Source: Tubulanus polymorphus
Lineage: Eukaryota > Animalia > Nemertea
Direction: 5' to 3'
NCBI RefSeq assembly: GCF_964204645.1
Contig: NC_134029.1
Span: forward strand, 14,564,950 to 14,628,949
DNA length: 64,000 bases
Made by a program: the position numbers and the translations under genes. Positions 36,890 to 50,492 of the stretch are shown here, in pieces (positions within the stretch are counted from its first letter, which is position 1; each line of letters begins with the position of its first letter). Below the pieces are notes generated by a model that saw only the letters and a program-made list of their open reading frames with translations, was not told where the DNA came from and searched no databases.

Positions 36890-37885
36890 GACGGAAGTAA
36901 ACTAGGCCTATTGTTTGTGCATAAATTTGTAATCCTAAGTAGCTTTTGACGATCCTAGTAGCTCAAAACTTTTGACTAGTCGCCTCAAAAAATAGTAGAA
37001 GTGAGCAACATAACAAATTTGGCGGCTTTTCGTGGTGCATGATGGGAGTGTAAAAAACGGATTCGGACTTGAACTTGGACTGACATTGATGTCAATGCAG
37101 ATATTATTCTTGTTTCAAATTCTTAAAAGGTTAAAATTGACCAAAATTTATGCGTTTTATCAACAAGAATTAACATTTAGAGTAATTTTAGAGAGACATT
37201 TCGAATTTTCACATTTTATTAATTTTAGTCCGTATTGGAAATCCTGATTATGTCAATCAATTCAATTCAAATCAATAAATTCTCCGGTTCGCGATTTAAG
37301 TCATCAAAAGTATTATTATTAAACACGTTTTCAAAGTCAACAAAGTAACTAATTAATTTATTTTAGTACAAAGGTTTGATTTGATACTAAAATCAGTTGT
37401 TGCATTGCAATTAACAGGAGTTAACCTCTATATGATACTTTAGCGTCAGACGTTGTAGGGAACCGTAACAACGACTGGTATTCAGACTAGATGGAAGTTA
37501 ACTATTGTTTGTGCATAAATTTGTAATCCTAAGTAGCTTTTGACAATCGTAGTAGCTCAAAACTTTTGGCTTGTCGCCTCAAAAAACAGTTGAAGTGAAA
37601 CAACATGACAAATATGGCGGCTTTTCGTGGTGCATGATGGGAGTGTAAATTACGGATTCGAACTTAAACTTGGACTGACATTGATGCCAATGCAGATATT
37701 ATTCTTGTTTCAAATTATTAAGGTTAAAATTGACCAAAATTTATGTGTTTTATCAACAAAAAATAACATTTAGAGTAATTTTAGAGAGACATAGGGCCTA
37801 TTGAATTTTCACATTTAATTAATTAAGTCCGTATTGGAAATCCTGATAGATCAATTCAAATCAAATCAATAAATTCTCCGGTTCG
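36890..37885 (+). repeat. Direct duplication of a ~400-bp unit (about 36890-37290 and 37490-37885)
   Basis: CTATTGTTTGTGCATAAATTTGTAATCC ... AATAAATTCTCCGGTTCG present twice. Confidence 0.8.
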
Positions 37886-38291
37886 TGTTGACGACTTTGA
37901 GATTCCGTTATCGAATAAACCTATCTGAAATCTTGGAGTTATTTTTGACCCTCAGCTCAATATGGAGGCACATGTTAGTAGTGTTGTCTGTGCTACGTCC
38001 TATTATCTTCGGGCGATAGGTAGACTACTTGTCTGATGCGGCTGCGAAACTGTTGATGCGGTCCCTAGTTTTGTCGAGGATTGACTACTGTAACGCATGC
38101 TTGGCAGGATCGTCTTTTTCTTCTCTTCACAGACTGCAATTAATACAGAACCGTGCCGCTCGTATTGTCACCAAAACAAAGAAATATGAGCATATAACAC
38201 CTGTGCTTAAGTCCCTTCACTGGTTGCCTGTGAAACAGGGCATAGAGTTATTCTCCTTGTTTTTAAGTGCCTCCACTTGTTGGCTCCAGTC

Positions 38292-40641
38292 TTTTTTTTT
38301 ATCTTAAAATAGGGATTGTCCCCATTATTTATTTATTTGGCTGGTAAATTTTGTTTGATTTTTCGATTGAGTGTCCCTTACAGACCCACCACACCTGCCG
38401 GGAGCGAAACAGGGGGTTTGTTTTTGAAATCGGAAATCGAAGTACAGATATAGATGTGTGATCGGCAGTCGAGTTAACAGAATATTTTTAAATCGAAGTA
38501 CAAAATTGGAAATTCGGTTCCGGTTCATCGAAACAATCTTCCATTCAGTCTGAACCGGCAAGCGACTGATTGGGATGAATTTTTCTGGCTGCCTAATTCA
38601 ATACATTGAGATTCTGGAAATAGCTATATTACAAGGTTGAAGATCATTTTGTCCATTTTTATACGTTTTTGGTCATTTTCTACATGTAAATAGTCCGATA
38701 GTTTATTGTGGTTTTTTTTCTCGGGTAGATGTTGATGTAGAAGTCCTCTAAGTTGATGATCCCGCTTGTTGACTAGATAGGAAGAAAGCACATTTCGAAA
38801 CGCAAATTTTCCAGATGAGAGTATGGCCCTGGGGTATCCGAAGTGTAGTTGTATGACATCGACGGTGAGGCTCCTATGAGGATGGGTTCTCCGTCAAGGG
38901 GTGCGCAGTTGGTACTCTACGTCTGGTGCTCTAATTTGCCTAAAAGTAAAAGTTTTACACTGGGAGCAGTTTTGTGTTTCTAATATACAGTGCATAGTTA
39001 GGTCCGTGAATGTATCGCAATGAAACTGACAGTGCTATGCGCATTGATAGACCGTCAGTAAAAAAGCGGCACTAACACGTGAATATTGAATACATGTTTG
39101 TCGACTTACATATATGCAGTCTTGATCGGGTTATTGTCCCCCATGCGGCGTAGGCCGGACTTGTATCCGCCTCCGTCCGTCCGTCGGCATGAGCTTTTGA
39201 ACGCGATTCAAGAAGAACCGTTGATCGCAGGACTATGATATTACACAGTATGATTACCCCTAGGGAGAGGATGTGCCCTATTGATTTTGGTGAGGCTCCT
39301 ATGAGGATGGGTTCTCCGTCAAGGGGCGCGCAGTTGGTACTCTACGTCTGGTGCTCTAATTTGCCTAAAAGTAAAAGTTTTACACTGGGAGCAGTTTTGT
39401 GTTTCTAATATACAGTGCATAGTTAGGTCCGTGAATGTATCGCAATGAAACTGACAGTGCTATGCGCATTGATAGACCGTCAGTAAAAAAGCGGCACTAA
39501 CACGTGAATATTGAATACATGTTTGTCGACTTACATATATGCAGTCTTGATCGGGTTATTGTCCCCCATGCGGCGTAGGCCGGACTTGGTATCCGCCTCC
39601 GTCCGTCCGTCGGCATGAGCTTTTGAACGCGATTCAAGAAGAACCGTTGATCGCAGGACTATGATATTACACAGTATGATTACCCCTAGGGAGAGGATGT
39701 GCCCTATTGATTTTGGGGTCCAAGGACCAAAGGTCAAGGTAACTACATGTCATTCATGTGAAACCTTGTGAACGTCATTCAAGAAGAACTGTTGGAAGCA
39801 GGACCATGATATTACGTAGTATGATTACCCCTAGGGAGAGGATGTGCCCTATTGATTCTGGGCTCCAAGGATCATAGGTCAAGGTCACTACTGGTCATTC
39901 ATGTAAAACCTTGTGAACGTGATTCAAGAAGAACTTTCGATGGCAGGACCATGATATTACGTAGTATGATTACCCCTAGGGAGAGGATGTGCCCTATTGA
40001 TTTTGGTGTCCAAGGACCAAAGGTCAAGGTCACTACAGGTCATTCATGCGAAACCTTATGAACTTCATTCAAGAAGAACCAGTGATAGCAGGACCATGAT
40101 ATTACATAGTATGATTACCCCTATGGAGAGGATGTGCCCTATTTTTTTTCGGGAAAAAGGTCAAGGTCACTAGATATCATTCATATGAAACCTTGTAAAA
40201 ACGATTCAAGAAGAACCATTGATAACGGACAAATGCTATTTCATTGTATGATTACCCCTGGGAAGAGGAAATGCATTAGTGATTTTGGAGTTCTAGGGTC
40301 AAAGGTCAAGGTTGGTAGACGTCGTTTGCCTAAAACCCTGTAAACTCAATTCTTAAATAACCATTCATAGCAGGAAAATGATATTTCATAGTATGGTTAT
40401 CCCTGGATACACTCATCATTTTTCTATACCAAAGATCAGTGTCTTCAGGGGTCATTCATTCTATACTGGCTATCGCGGGGGACATAGATACGTAGTATCG
40501 AATTGCCTTGTTTACATTGTCACGATTATGTTTTTGGTAGTTTTTAATGAGACTGATGTCAAGAGGCAACTTTCCAGTCAACATTGCGCGTAGATAGACT
40601 GAGCTTGCTATCTTAAGGCCAAAAATGGAGGCAGCGTTCCA
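38292..40641 (-). mobile_element. 5'-truncated copy of the Tx1 3' UTR, inverted, with nested element and ~417-bp tandem duplication
   Basis: Reverse complement of about 31650-32722 including the A-tail; flanked by GCTCCAGTC/GCTCCAATC. Confidence 0.85.
39556..40512 (+). mobile_element. Helentron/DINE-1-like family C with ~141-bp internal tandem repeats
   Basis: 5' TTATTGTCCCCC, (GTCC)n, repeated AAGGTCAAGGTCAC units, 3' GGGGGACA sub-terminal inverted repeat and ...CTTGTT end. Confidence 0.75.
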
Positions 40642-42976
40642 GCTCCAATCTACTTGAGAGATCTACTCGTTCAGTACAATCCAATTCGTGCACTAAGATC
40701 ATCATCTCAAAGTTTACAGCCCATTACAACCTAAGTAGTTTTGGTGGACGTTCATTTACTGCTTCCCATTGGAATAACATTGATAACCACCTGCGTAATA
40801 TTCACGATCTCAACCAGTTTAAACGTTCATTAAAACATCTACTCTTTCAACGTGCCTATACTAAGTGACTATGAACCATTGCAGTGCGCTGGTGAACTTA
40901 TCTTTTAAGAAACAGGCGCCTTATAAATGTTTATTATTATTATTATTATCCCAGAAATTCTACATTTTTTTCACAGGCGTCATATAATTTATTAAAATTG
41001 ATTTTCTTATTCGACATTATATTGATACCTAAGCATATTTTGTTACCACAATGAATTAGAAAGTTGAAGCTTAGAACGTGTTCTATGTTTGTGGTGAGTT
41101 TAAAGGTCATTGGTTTTGTATATGGCCACCAGGGGGCATTGAATAATACAATATCTTAGTATTTCTATATTATATTCGTACCAATGCATATTTTGTTACC
41201 ACAATCAATTGCAATGTTGTAGCTCATGACATCGCCTACGATTGTGGTGAGTTTTAAGGACATTTGTTATTCTATATGGTCACCAGGGGGCGCTGAAAAG
41301 TAGAAAAACTTAGAGCTAATACCTATTTTAATGAAACAGGTTCCGACATACAACATGTATGAAAAATTGTAATGATTTCTCTACTATAATGGTGCACGGC
41401 TAATTTGGTCTCGGGGGGGAAAAACCCATACTATACTAGGAATTCATCACGTAGTTGAATCAATTACCAGTTACCTGATGCGTGATGGAATCGGTCCTAG
41501 TCTTACTGATGAATTTTGTTCATAGGCTGGTGCGGTATCACGGCTTCTCCTTGGGTCCACGGCTTGCCGATGTAGCTGCTGCAAATCATTTCTCTTTTGG
41601 GCACCAACTCGTACATTACATTGTACATCCCTATTTCGTTTTCTGATAGGCCTATATACCAAAGGTCAGCGGAGCTGATGATGTAGGGGGAGAGTCGTCG
41701 TTGTTCCTTTCGTTCGTTTGCTCGTTCGTGCGTCTGAGGGTGGAGTTTCTATTCAAATAGCTATTAGTCCTACTGTTATAATCAGAATAAGTCCAAATTT
41801 GGTATGAATCGTCTAAATCTATAGACCAATACCTACAAAGTACAGAGCCCTTTTTGGATTTGGCCACAATGGGGCACCCCTTGGTATGCAGCTTCTTTTT
41901 CTTCAAATCACACAACAGAGCTATATAAGCCGATAGGCTCCTTGTTTAATCATCCCATCTCTCCATTTCATCGGGCTGTGGTAAACCTCTAGGCCCATGG
42001 GCAATTATTTATATACCAGTCGATAGGTTTTTACTAATAAGCTTTGACATCATTCTCTTTTATAGGCCTATGCTGCAGGTTGTGATATAGTTATTCTCGC
42101 CAGTGATTTCCAGCGTGTACAGATAATTCCTGGAGCAACACATGGTAATATTCAGGTTGGATGCATCGACTGCTGTGATGACACTGGAAAGGTGAATTGA
42201 ATTTGAATTCTAGGCTTACTTTATTAGCTTCATGACATAGTTGAGTTGTCGAGAGAGTAACATTTCATACTTTCAACAAGAGATCAATGACCTCAAGAGC
42301 TTGGGATCATACAAAATCCAGACCCTCCAACCCTTCCAATTTATTTGGAATCGTTATGTATTTTCCAACCAATATCCGCATTCCGTTTGCTGGTGGAGAA
42401 ATTGCGGAAATTTTGAGAATGAAGATCGGTAGGCGATACTGGACCGTAAAAGCGTCCTGAGCCATTAAAGCGCTCATTTATAGTATACCTGCCGTGCATT
42501 ATAAAAAAAATTGATTGTCTATTTGAAATCAGCGTCAAAGATTATGAAATGCTTATTTATATACAACTAGCATTGTATTGGTTTTTCTGTCCTGAATGCT
42601 GTGTCTATCAATAACGCTAACGGCCCGAGTTTGATGGGAAAAACCCCGTACCAAGTAGTCTACATTTACCTGAATCGAACACGCTCGCTACGGCTTTTTT
42701 TAATTCACTTGTCCCTCGTGTCTTCTTTGCGGAGATTGCGTATTTGAATGAAAATAGTGTTAGATAATCGCATTTAAATATTAGAGACGATACTTATAAA
42801 CTTTTTGAAAATCAATCAAGTGTGCAATTGGCTTACTCGATATCGGTTTCCCGCGATCCTCAGTGCGTCAACTTATTGTGTTGTGTACGGCGCCGGACAT
42901 ACCGCATCATTTTTCCTCTCACTCTTATCGTAGCGGCTCTAACTTCATATATAGTTTATTCTTTTAATTTAGAAAC

Positions 42977-43425
42977 ATTTTTAGCCCACTTGGGACTTTA
43001 GTCCCAGCAGGCTATTGCGTTCACATTTCGTGCGTTCACATTTCGTCCGTCCATCCATCCGTAGACGGAATCCAGTTATTTTGGGAATTTTTGAAGACGC
43101 TTCAATGTAATGTCTTGATATTTGGGTTACACATGTATCTACCATAGCCACATCTTCAGCCCAAAAATTGGCTGTCAGAATCAATTTTTGAGGGAAATTT
43201 TGAGGGCCGTTGAATAACTTGGTATTTCCATATTAAATTGGTAACGATATATATTTTGCTATCACAATCAATCATAGCTGCTGACATATTCTATGATTGT
43301 GGTGAGTTTCAAGGTCATTGGTTATTGTTTATGGTCACCAGGGGGCGTTGAATATTGAAATTGTTAGATTGTTGAGCATTTGAAAGCACTGCCCAAGTGG
43401 CCATGGTGTCCCTGGACCCCTAGTT
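42977..43425 (+). mobile_element. Family A, internally deleted copy
   Basis: Both family A ends present. Confidence 0.8.
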
Positions 43426-46400
43426 ATTTGAGTTAATTATATGTTGTTATAAGGCGAAACGATAATCTTGACAAAGAATAAAAACGTCTGATTTTCTTGG
43501 TAAAAAGCATGAATCTTTTTATGTCTTTATTTATTTGCGATTCCTGAAAGCTGGTCCATTTTCGGAAAATCATAGTTTTATTCCTGAAAATGATTTGGAA
43601 AGGTTGGAGGGTCTGAAAATCAGACAAATTAACACGTTCACTGCCACCTAGCGGTTAAGGTCCGGTCACCATTGCCAATGCTAATTTTTAGCCCACTTGG
43701 GACTTAGGCTAAGTCCCAGCGGGCTATTGCGTTCACTTTTTGTCCGTCGTATGTCCATCCCTCCCCTCCGTCCGTAGACGGAATCCAGTTATTTTGGGAA
43801 GTTTTGAAGACGCTTCAAGGTAATGTCTTGATATTTGGGTTACACATGTATCTACCCTAGACACATCTTCAGCCCAAAAACTGTCCCTGTCAGAATCAAG
43901 ATGGCCGACTGGCAGCCATTTTTGTTCGCCAAAATCAGCACTTTTTCCACATTTTTGAACTTTTTGAGGGAAATTTTGAAGACGCTTTGATCAATTACCT
44001 TGATCTTTCGGATATAAGTGAATCCCCCCAGGGCCCATCAGCATAAAAAAAATTGGGTCGATCGAACCTTTTTAGTGCCCAAAAATGTTAATTTTTGCCC
44101 GAATTCTGAGTCCTGTAGCTTCCTACTAGTGTGCCATTTCTCATTGCAATTTTTGATGGGTATTCTTTGGAAAGGGATGTTTTATACCTGAGACAAGTAT
44201 TTTTCATCAGCCAATTATGACGCAATTGGTGGCCAGCTTGGTGTCATCAACATTCATTCGTAAGTGGGAAAAAGTTTTTCCACATTATATTGATACCTAA
44301 GCGTATTTTGGTACCACAATCAATTAGAAAGTTGTAGCTCATAAAGTGTTCTATGATTGTGGTGAGTTTCAAGGTCATTGGATTTTGTATATGGCCACCA
44401 GAGGGCGTTGAATAATACAATATCTTAGCATTTCTTTATTATATTCGTACCTATGCATATTTTGTAACCACAATCAATTGAAAAGTTGTATCTCATGACA
44501 TCATCTATGATTGTTGCAAGTTTTAAGGACATTGGTTATTCTATATGGTCACCAGGGGGCGTTGGATATTAGAATAACTTAGTATTTCCTAATTATATTG
44601 GTACCTAGGCATATTTTGTTACCATGATCAATTACAAAGTTATAGGTCGTGACATGTTCTATGATTGTGGTGAGTTTCAAGGTCATTGGGTTTTGAATAT
44701 GGTCACCAGGGGGCGTTGAATTGTAGAATAACTTAGTATTCCATATTACATTGTATTGAGACCTGAGAACATGGCCGACGACAGGCGGGTACGTTGAAAG
44801 CGCTCCTGGAAATATTAGGATTGGGGCTGATATGTACGATACTCAATGTTGAATGTAGAAACTGGAAATTGATATATGTGTAGCAGACATTTCCTGAAAG
44901 TTTGAAGCCTGAAATGTGATTTTAAAACGGTAAATGAAGGAATATTCGGAGAAATCTCGTTTGATATTCAGTATAATATAGCAGTGATCAGCGATCAGTT
45001 CAGTGTCAACTGTCAAAAGCTCAATCAGCTGTCATTAAACAAAGAGATCAACAGATATGGCAGCAGTCGGCGAAAATGTATACGTAAACGACTCGGAGAA
45101 GTCGGATTCTGAAGTCGAAGTTTTTTCAAACGGAAAAACTACTCAGAAACTAAAACTAAAGAGGGTCGTAAACAAGGCCCACAAAATAAAAAAAGGAAGG
45201 AAAGAAGTTCGACGGTGGATTCTGAAATGTCCGTTGAAGAGGGCATGATGAAGCTTACAAATTCTATTGAAGAAATGATTAAAAAAAAATTGATTCACTA
45301 GCTGGAATGAAAACAGAAATACTAGATACCATTGATCGTTAATTAGAGAACCATACTAAGAAAATTGACAACCTTGTCTACCGAACTGAAGAGAGATTAT
45401 ACGATATTGAACAATTGAACAATACGAAGACAACCAAAATCGCTGAAATTAAATCTCAACATTCCGAACATATATCCGCGTTCAAAAGTGAAATCGGCGA
45501 ACTTCATGCCCAGCTCTCCGAGAGCAAAACGCTAGCAACAAAAAATAATCAATGTTCGCGACAAAATCATATGAGTTTTTGGTGTCACCGAGTCCAAAGA
45601 TGAAAACTGTATAGATACAATTGTGAATATATTGAAAACTAAATTACACTTAAGCGAAAAGGAGCGATTAAAACTAAGCGATGTAGAGGTAGCACACTGA
45701 GTGCCTCCAAGACAACTAAAATACGACAAGAAAGGAGTTAAACAACCGGACAGAATAATTGTGCGCTTTTTCAATCGTAATAGGCGGGATTTTATCATTC
45801 GGAAACGTGCGACATTAAAGGATTCAGGGATTATAATACGCAAAGATCTTTGCCCTGAATTTGCGAAACTAGTTAATCGCGTGGTTAACTCGAGACTATA
45901 TAACAAAGTGTGGACAATCAATGGAGAAGTATTCGGTTGCACTGAGAATGGTGAGAAAAAAAGAATTAACATTTTCAAACCACTGCCGAAGTAATAGCAG
46001 TACCGGTAATTAGCTAATTGTGAATAACTAACATTTTTCCTTTCTTCATTCGTTTATGCGTTATACATTGTTAGCAATACAGGTATCTCTAAATGGATCT
46101 TACCAATAATTCAAATATTTGGTCAAACGTTCTGAATTACCAAATTATTGATATGTACATATTAACTTACCAATCCTAATATAGAGTATCAGTTTGGTTT
46201 AAATAATAACCAAAATGCTTTTCTGGGTAACCAGACTAAATTATTATGTTTTTGCTAAATGCTTTTGCTATATATATCATCTACTCTCAACTCATATGAA
46301 TAGTTCATTGAAACTCAATACAAGCAATATTACAACTTGTTCTGTAATACATGAATATGAATTATATTGGTATCTGGGGATCTTAGCTAAAGTTCTATTT

Positions 46401-48178
46401 TTGAAAATTTTTTAGTAAAAAGAAATGTGTTTAGGTAATACAGATCCAGAGAGCCGCATTAAAAACATAAGAAACAATCCCAGTCTATTATTAAATGTAT
46501 TCGGCGATCAACCGATAGTCAACAATGACTCTCCTTATGTTGAAATGAATGAACTGGATTATCCTGATTGTCAATCGAAATTGAATATTCTTCATTTGAA
46601 TTATACACAGCATTCCTAGTAAACTAAATGAACTTAAAACTTTGATAACAAAATTTGACCATAGGAAGTCTGCTTTAGACTTAATTTTATTATGTGAAAC
46701 TTTTATTACTGATATTAACCATAACCTTTGTGAAATTCCAGGCTATAACTTGATAGAAAATCACAGAATTAACTCAATGAAAGGTGGGGTGGCGATTTAT
46801 GCAAGCAAGCGACTTTCCTATAAGATCAGAAATGACATAAGCGTATTTAAAGAGGGTAAATTCGAATCCTGTTTTATAGAAATAATTTCTAAACCGGGAA
46901 AAACGCTAGAAATATTATTGTTGGAGAACTATAAAGAATACTGGGAACTGAAAGAAAAGATATAATCATTGGGATGGACCAAAACTTGGACCTCATCAAA
47001 ACTGAAACCCACAGAAACACTGCTAGATTTCTTGATTTGAATCTCTCCTATGAAGTAATACCAACAATACTACGTCCAACTAGAATCACACACAATACAG
47101 CCACCCTCATTGATAATATATATATAAGCTCAAAACTAACTGACCATTATAGATCATGCATTATCACAACTGACCTATCAGACCATCTGCCCTGTTATAT
47201 ATCAATCAAAGATAGGAACTGCAAAATAAAAACAAAGGAAACTAAATTATTTCGAAGATTCAATCGAAGCAACTTAACCAATATTAATAATGAACTCTCT
47301 GAAATTGATTGGGCTTTAATTGAAAACATGAACAGCGATGATGGGTAAAGCTATTTAATTGAAAAGCTCACTCAATCGTTAGATAGACATGCACCCCCGA
47401 CTGAAAGGAAAATTGGGCATATAAATATAGACGAACCATGGATGACACATGGTCTACTAACATCGTCAAAAAAGTGTGATCGTTTATATCGTAAGGTACT
47501 TGGTGCTCCAAAAAGTGATCCAAAATACGTAAGATATTTTGATTATCGAAATCAGTTGAATTATTTAAGAAGAAGAGCAAAGCATAGTTATAATGCGAAT
47601 AAGATACTTAGTTTTAGAAATAACAGTAGAAAGTTATGGGATTTACTAAAGACCACCATAGGTGTAACCGCACTTGCCTAAAATAAAAACTATGCCACCG
47701 TGCGGGCATGAGTCCAGAACAGCAAATAAAAAAAACCAGTAATTCGTAGATTATATATATATGGAAGATAAGTAATTTATTAAGATAATAATTCAAAAAC
47801 AAAATAACTAAGGTACTTAGAAAAAAAATGAAAATAAACAGGGCCCTTTTTTCGAAACTTAGATCAGAAAAATAAAAATAAAATAAAATTAGCTTAAATG
47901 TAAGTCAATGATCAATTAAAGTTCTTTTTCTCCAAAAGTTTATAAATTTTAACTTAGCGTCGCTCCAAAAAGATCGCACTGCCCGCTGTGGTTCCTGTTG
48001 CTGTCAAAAATCTGTAGTAATTGCTGATCTGTGGTTCCAAAATTTTTAAACGTTTGCTGAATGCGTTGTATCTGTCGAATTTATAATTTGCACGTCACGC
48101 AAATATCACTGATGATGAAAGTCCACTGGTGGTACGCGGAGTTTGGTACGCGGAAAAAAAACAGTTTTACTTGACAAT

Positions 48179-49387
48179 GTTTTTAGCCCACTTGGGAATC
48201 CAGTTATTTTGGGAAGTTTTGAAGACGCTTCAAGGGAATGTCTTGACATTTGGGTAACACATGTATCTACCCTAGACACATCTTCAGCCCAAAAACTGGC
48301 CCTGTCAGATTCAAGATGGCCGACTGGTGGCCATTGTTGTTCGCCAAAATCAGCGCTTTTTACACATTTTTGAACTTTTTGAGGGAAATTTTGAAGACGC
48401 TTTGATCAATTACCTTGATCTTTCGGATATATGTGAATTCCCCCAGGGCCCATCAGCATAACAAAAATTGGGTCGATCGGACTCAAGATGGCCGTCCTAT
48501 GACCTTTTTAGTGCCCAAAAATGTTAATTTTGGCCCAAATTCTGAGTCCTGTAGCTTCCTACTGGTTTATCATTTCTCATTGCAATTTGTGATGGGTATT
48601 CTTTGGAAAGGGATGTTTTATTATTACCAGTAATGTTACCAGTAGTATTACCAATTATGACGCAATTGGCGGCCATCTTGGTGTCAGCAGTACTCGTTCG
48701 TAAGTGGGAAAACGTTTTTTCCACATTATATTGATACCTAAGCGTATTTTGTTACCACAATCATTTAGAAAGTTGTAGCTCATAACGTGTTCTATGATTG
48801 TGGTGAGTTTCAAGGTTATTGGTTTTTGTATATGGCCACCAGGGGGCGTTGAATAATACAATATCTTAGTATTTCTATATTATATTCGTATCAATGCATA
48901 TTTTGTAACCACAATCAATTGAAAAGTTGTAGCTCATGTCATCTATGATTTTGGCAAGTTTTAAGGCCATTAGTTATTGTATATGGTCACCAGGGGGCGT
49001 TGAATAGTAGAATAACTTATTATTTTTCTTATTATATTGGTACCTAGGCATATTTTGTTACCATGATCAATTACAAAGTTATAGTTCGTGACATGTTCTA
49101 TGATTGTGGTGAGTTTCAAGGTCATTGGGTTTTGAATATGGTCACCAGGGGGCGTTGAATAGTAGAATAACTTAGTATTTCCATATTATAGTGGTAACGA
49201 GGCATATTTTATTATCACAATCAATTACAAAATCGTAGCTGCTGACATGTTCTATGATTATGGTGAGTTTCAAGGTTATTGGATTCTGTATATGGTCACC
49301 AGGGGGCGTTGAATATTGAAATTGTTAGATTGTTGAGCATTTGGTACCACTTCCCAAGTGGGCATGGTGTCCCTGGACCCCTAGTTT
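48179..49387 (+). mobile_element. Family A near-complete copy with ~140-bp internal repeats
   Basis: TTTTAGCCCACTTGG ... repeated GGTCACCAGGGGGCGTTG ... GGACCCCTAGTT. Confidence 0.82.
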
Positions 49388-50492
49388 ATCACCAAGCTGG
49401 TTAAACTTCTGTGGCCGTAAAACTTTTACTACCACTAATAACAAGTGTCCTTCTGAATCACGAACACAACTCCGTAATGATTAAAATTCAATCCCGTTAG
49501 AAGTTCTCCAACAGTAAAAAAAGTTTGTGACGATTATGACAACTTTCACAAAAGATTTCTTATATAAATTACGTATCAAGTTTTACTAGTTGTAAAAACT
49601 AAAAATTGCAGGAGAACTCGAGTTGAGCTTCCTCCTTTCTCGAAATCTCAAAAGCGTCTCCCCTCTCTCTAAACTATCCACGCCCAACTTCCTGCAGGGG
49701 CTCCCTTAAAAATAATATCTCAAAAATCCATTCAAGTCAAAAATTAGATAGTTTATCCCCTAAAATGGTGAAAAAGAACTTACCCAAAATCAGAAAAAAA
49801 TGAAAATAAACAGGGCCCTTTTTACGAAACTTAGATCAGAAAAATAAAAATAAAATCAAATTAAATTAGCTTAAGAAAAAGCTGCCACAAAAGATTTCTT
49901 ATATAAATTACGTATCAAATTTTACTAGTTGTAAAAACTCAAAAATTGCAGGAGAACTCGAGTTGAGCTTCCTCCTTTCTCGAAATCTCAAAAGCGTCTC
50001 CCCTCTCTCTAAACTATCCACGCCCAACTTCCTGCAGGGGCTCCCTTAAAAATAATCTCTCAAAAATCCATTCAAGTCAAAAATTAGATAGTTTATCCCC
50101 TAAAATGGATAAAAAGAACTTACCCAAAATAAGACTAATGTATTCAACTCCCGCCACATAATTGTGAAATCCTAATATTCATCTTCATTTAAGAAAAATG
50201 AATTCTTTATGAGATTAAAATGATTGAAATTCTTGTGAACCCCATAGCTTCTGGTAAAAATTGCATCAGCAAATACGTCAATATAGTCAAAATTCAGATC
50301 TCATAATAATTAGCACCAAGGCTACATGAGCCAGCGACCTCATAAAACTTGAATATGTTTAAACTAGTGAACTAAATTCAGCAAATGCCTGTTATGAAAA
50401 CTAGACAACACGAACCAACAGATTTTACATTTAACTTTAAGATCAAACATTTATTGATAAAAAAAAAATTAGATATAACGTTAGGACTTTAA

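Larger units (their letters stand above)
37890..40949 (+). mobile_element. L2-clade LINE 3' fragment (37890-38290 and 40642-40949) split by a later insertion
   Basis: NLGVIFDPQLNM...LVLSRIDYCNACL...LQLIQNRAARIV..KKYEHITPVLKSLHWLPV; resumes as APIYLRDLL...; (TTA)n tail at 40931-40949. Confidence 0.85.

Noticed and set aside
41476-41642. Possible minus-strand exon bounded by AG and GTAAC
   Set aside because: No recognisable protein motif; cannot be supported without transcript data.
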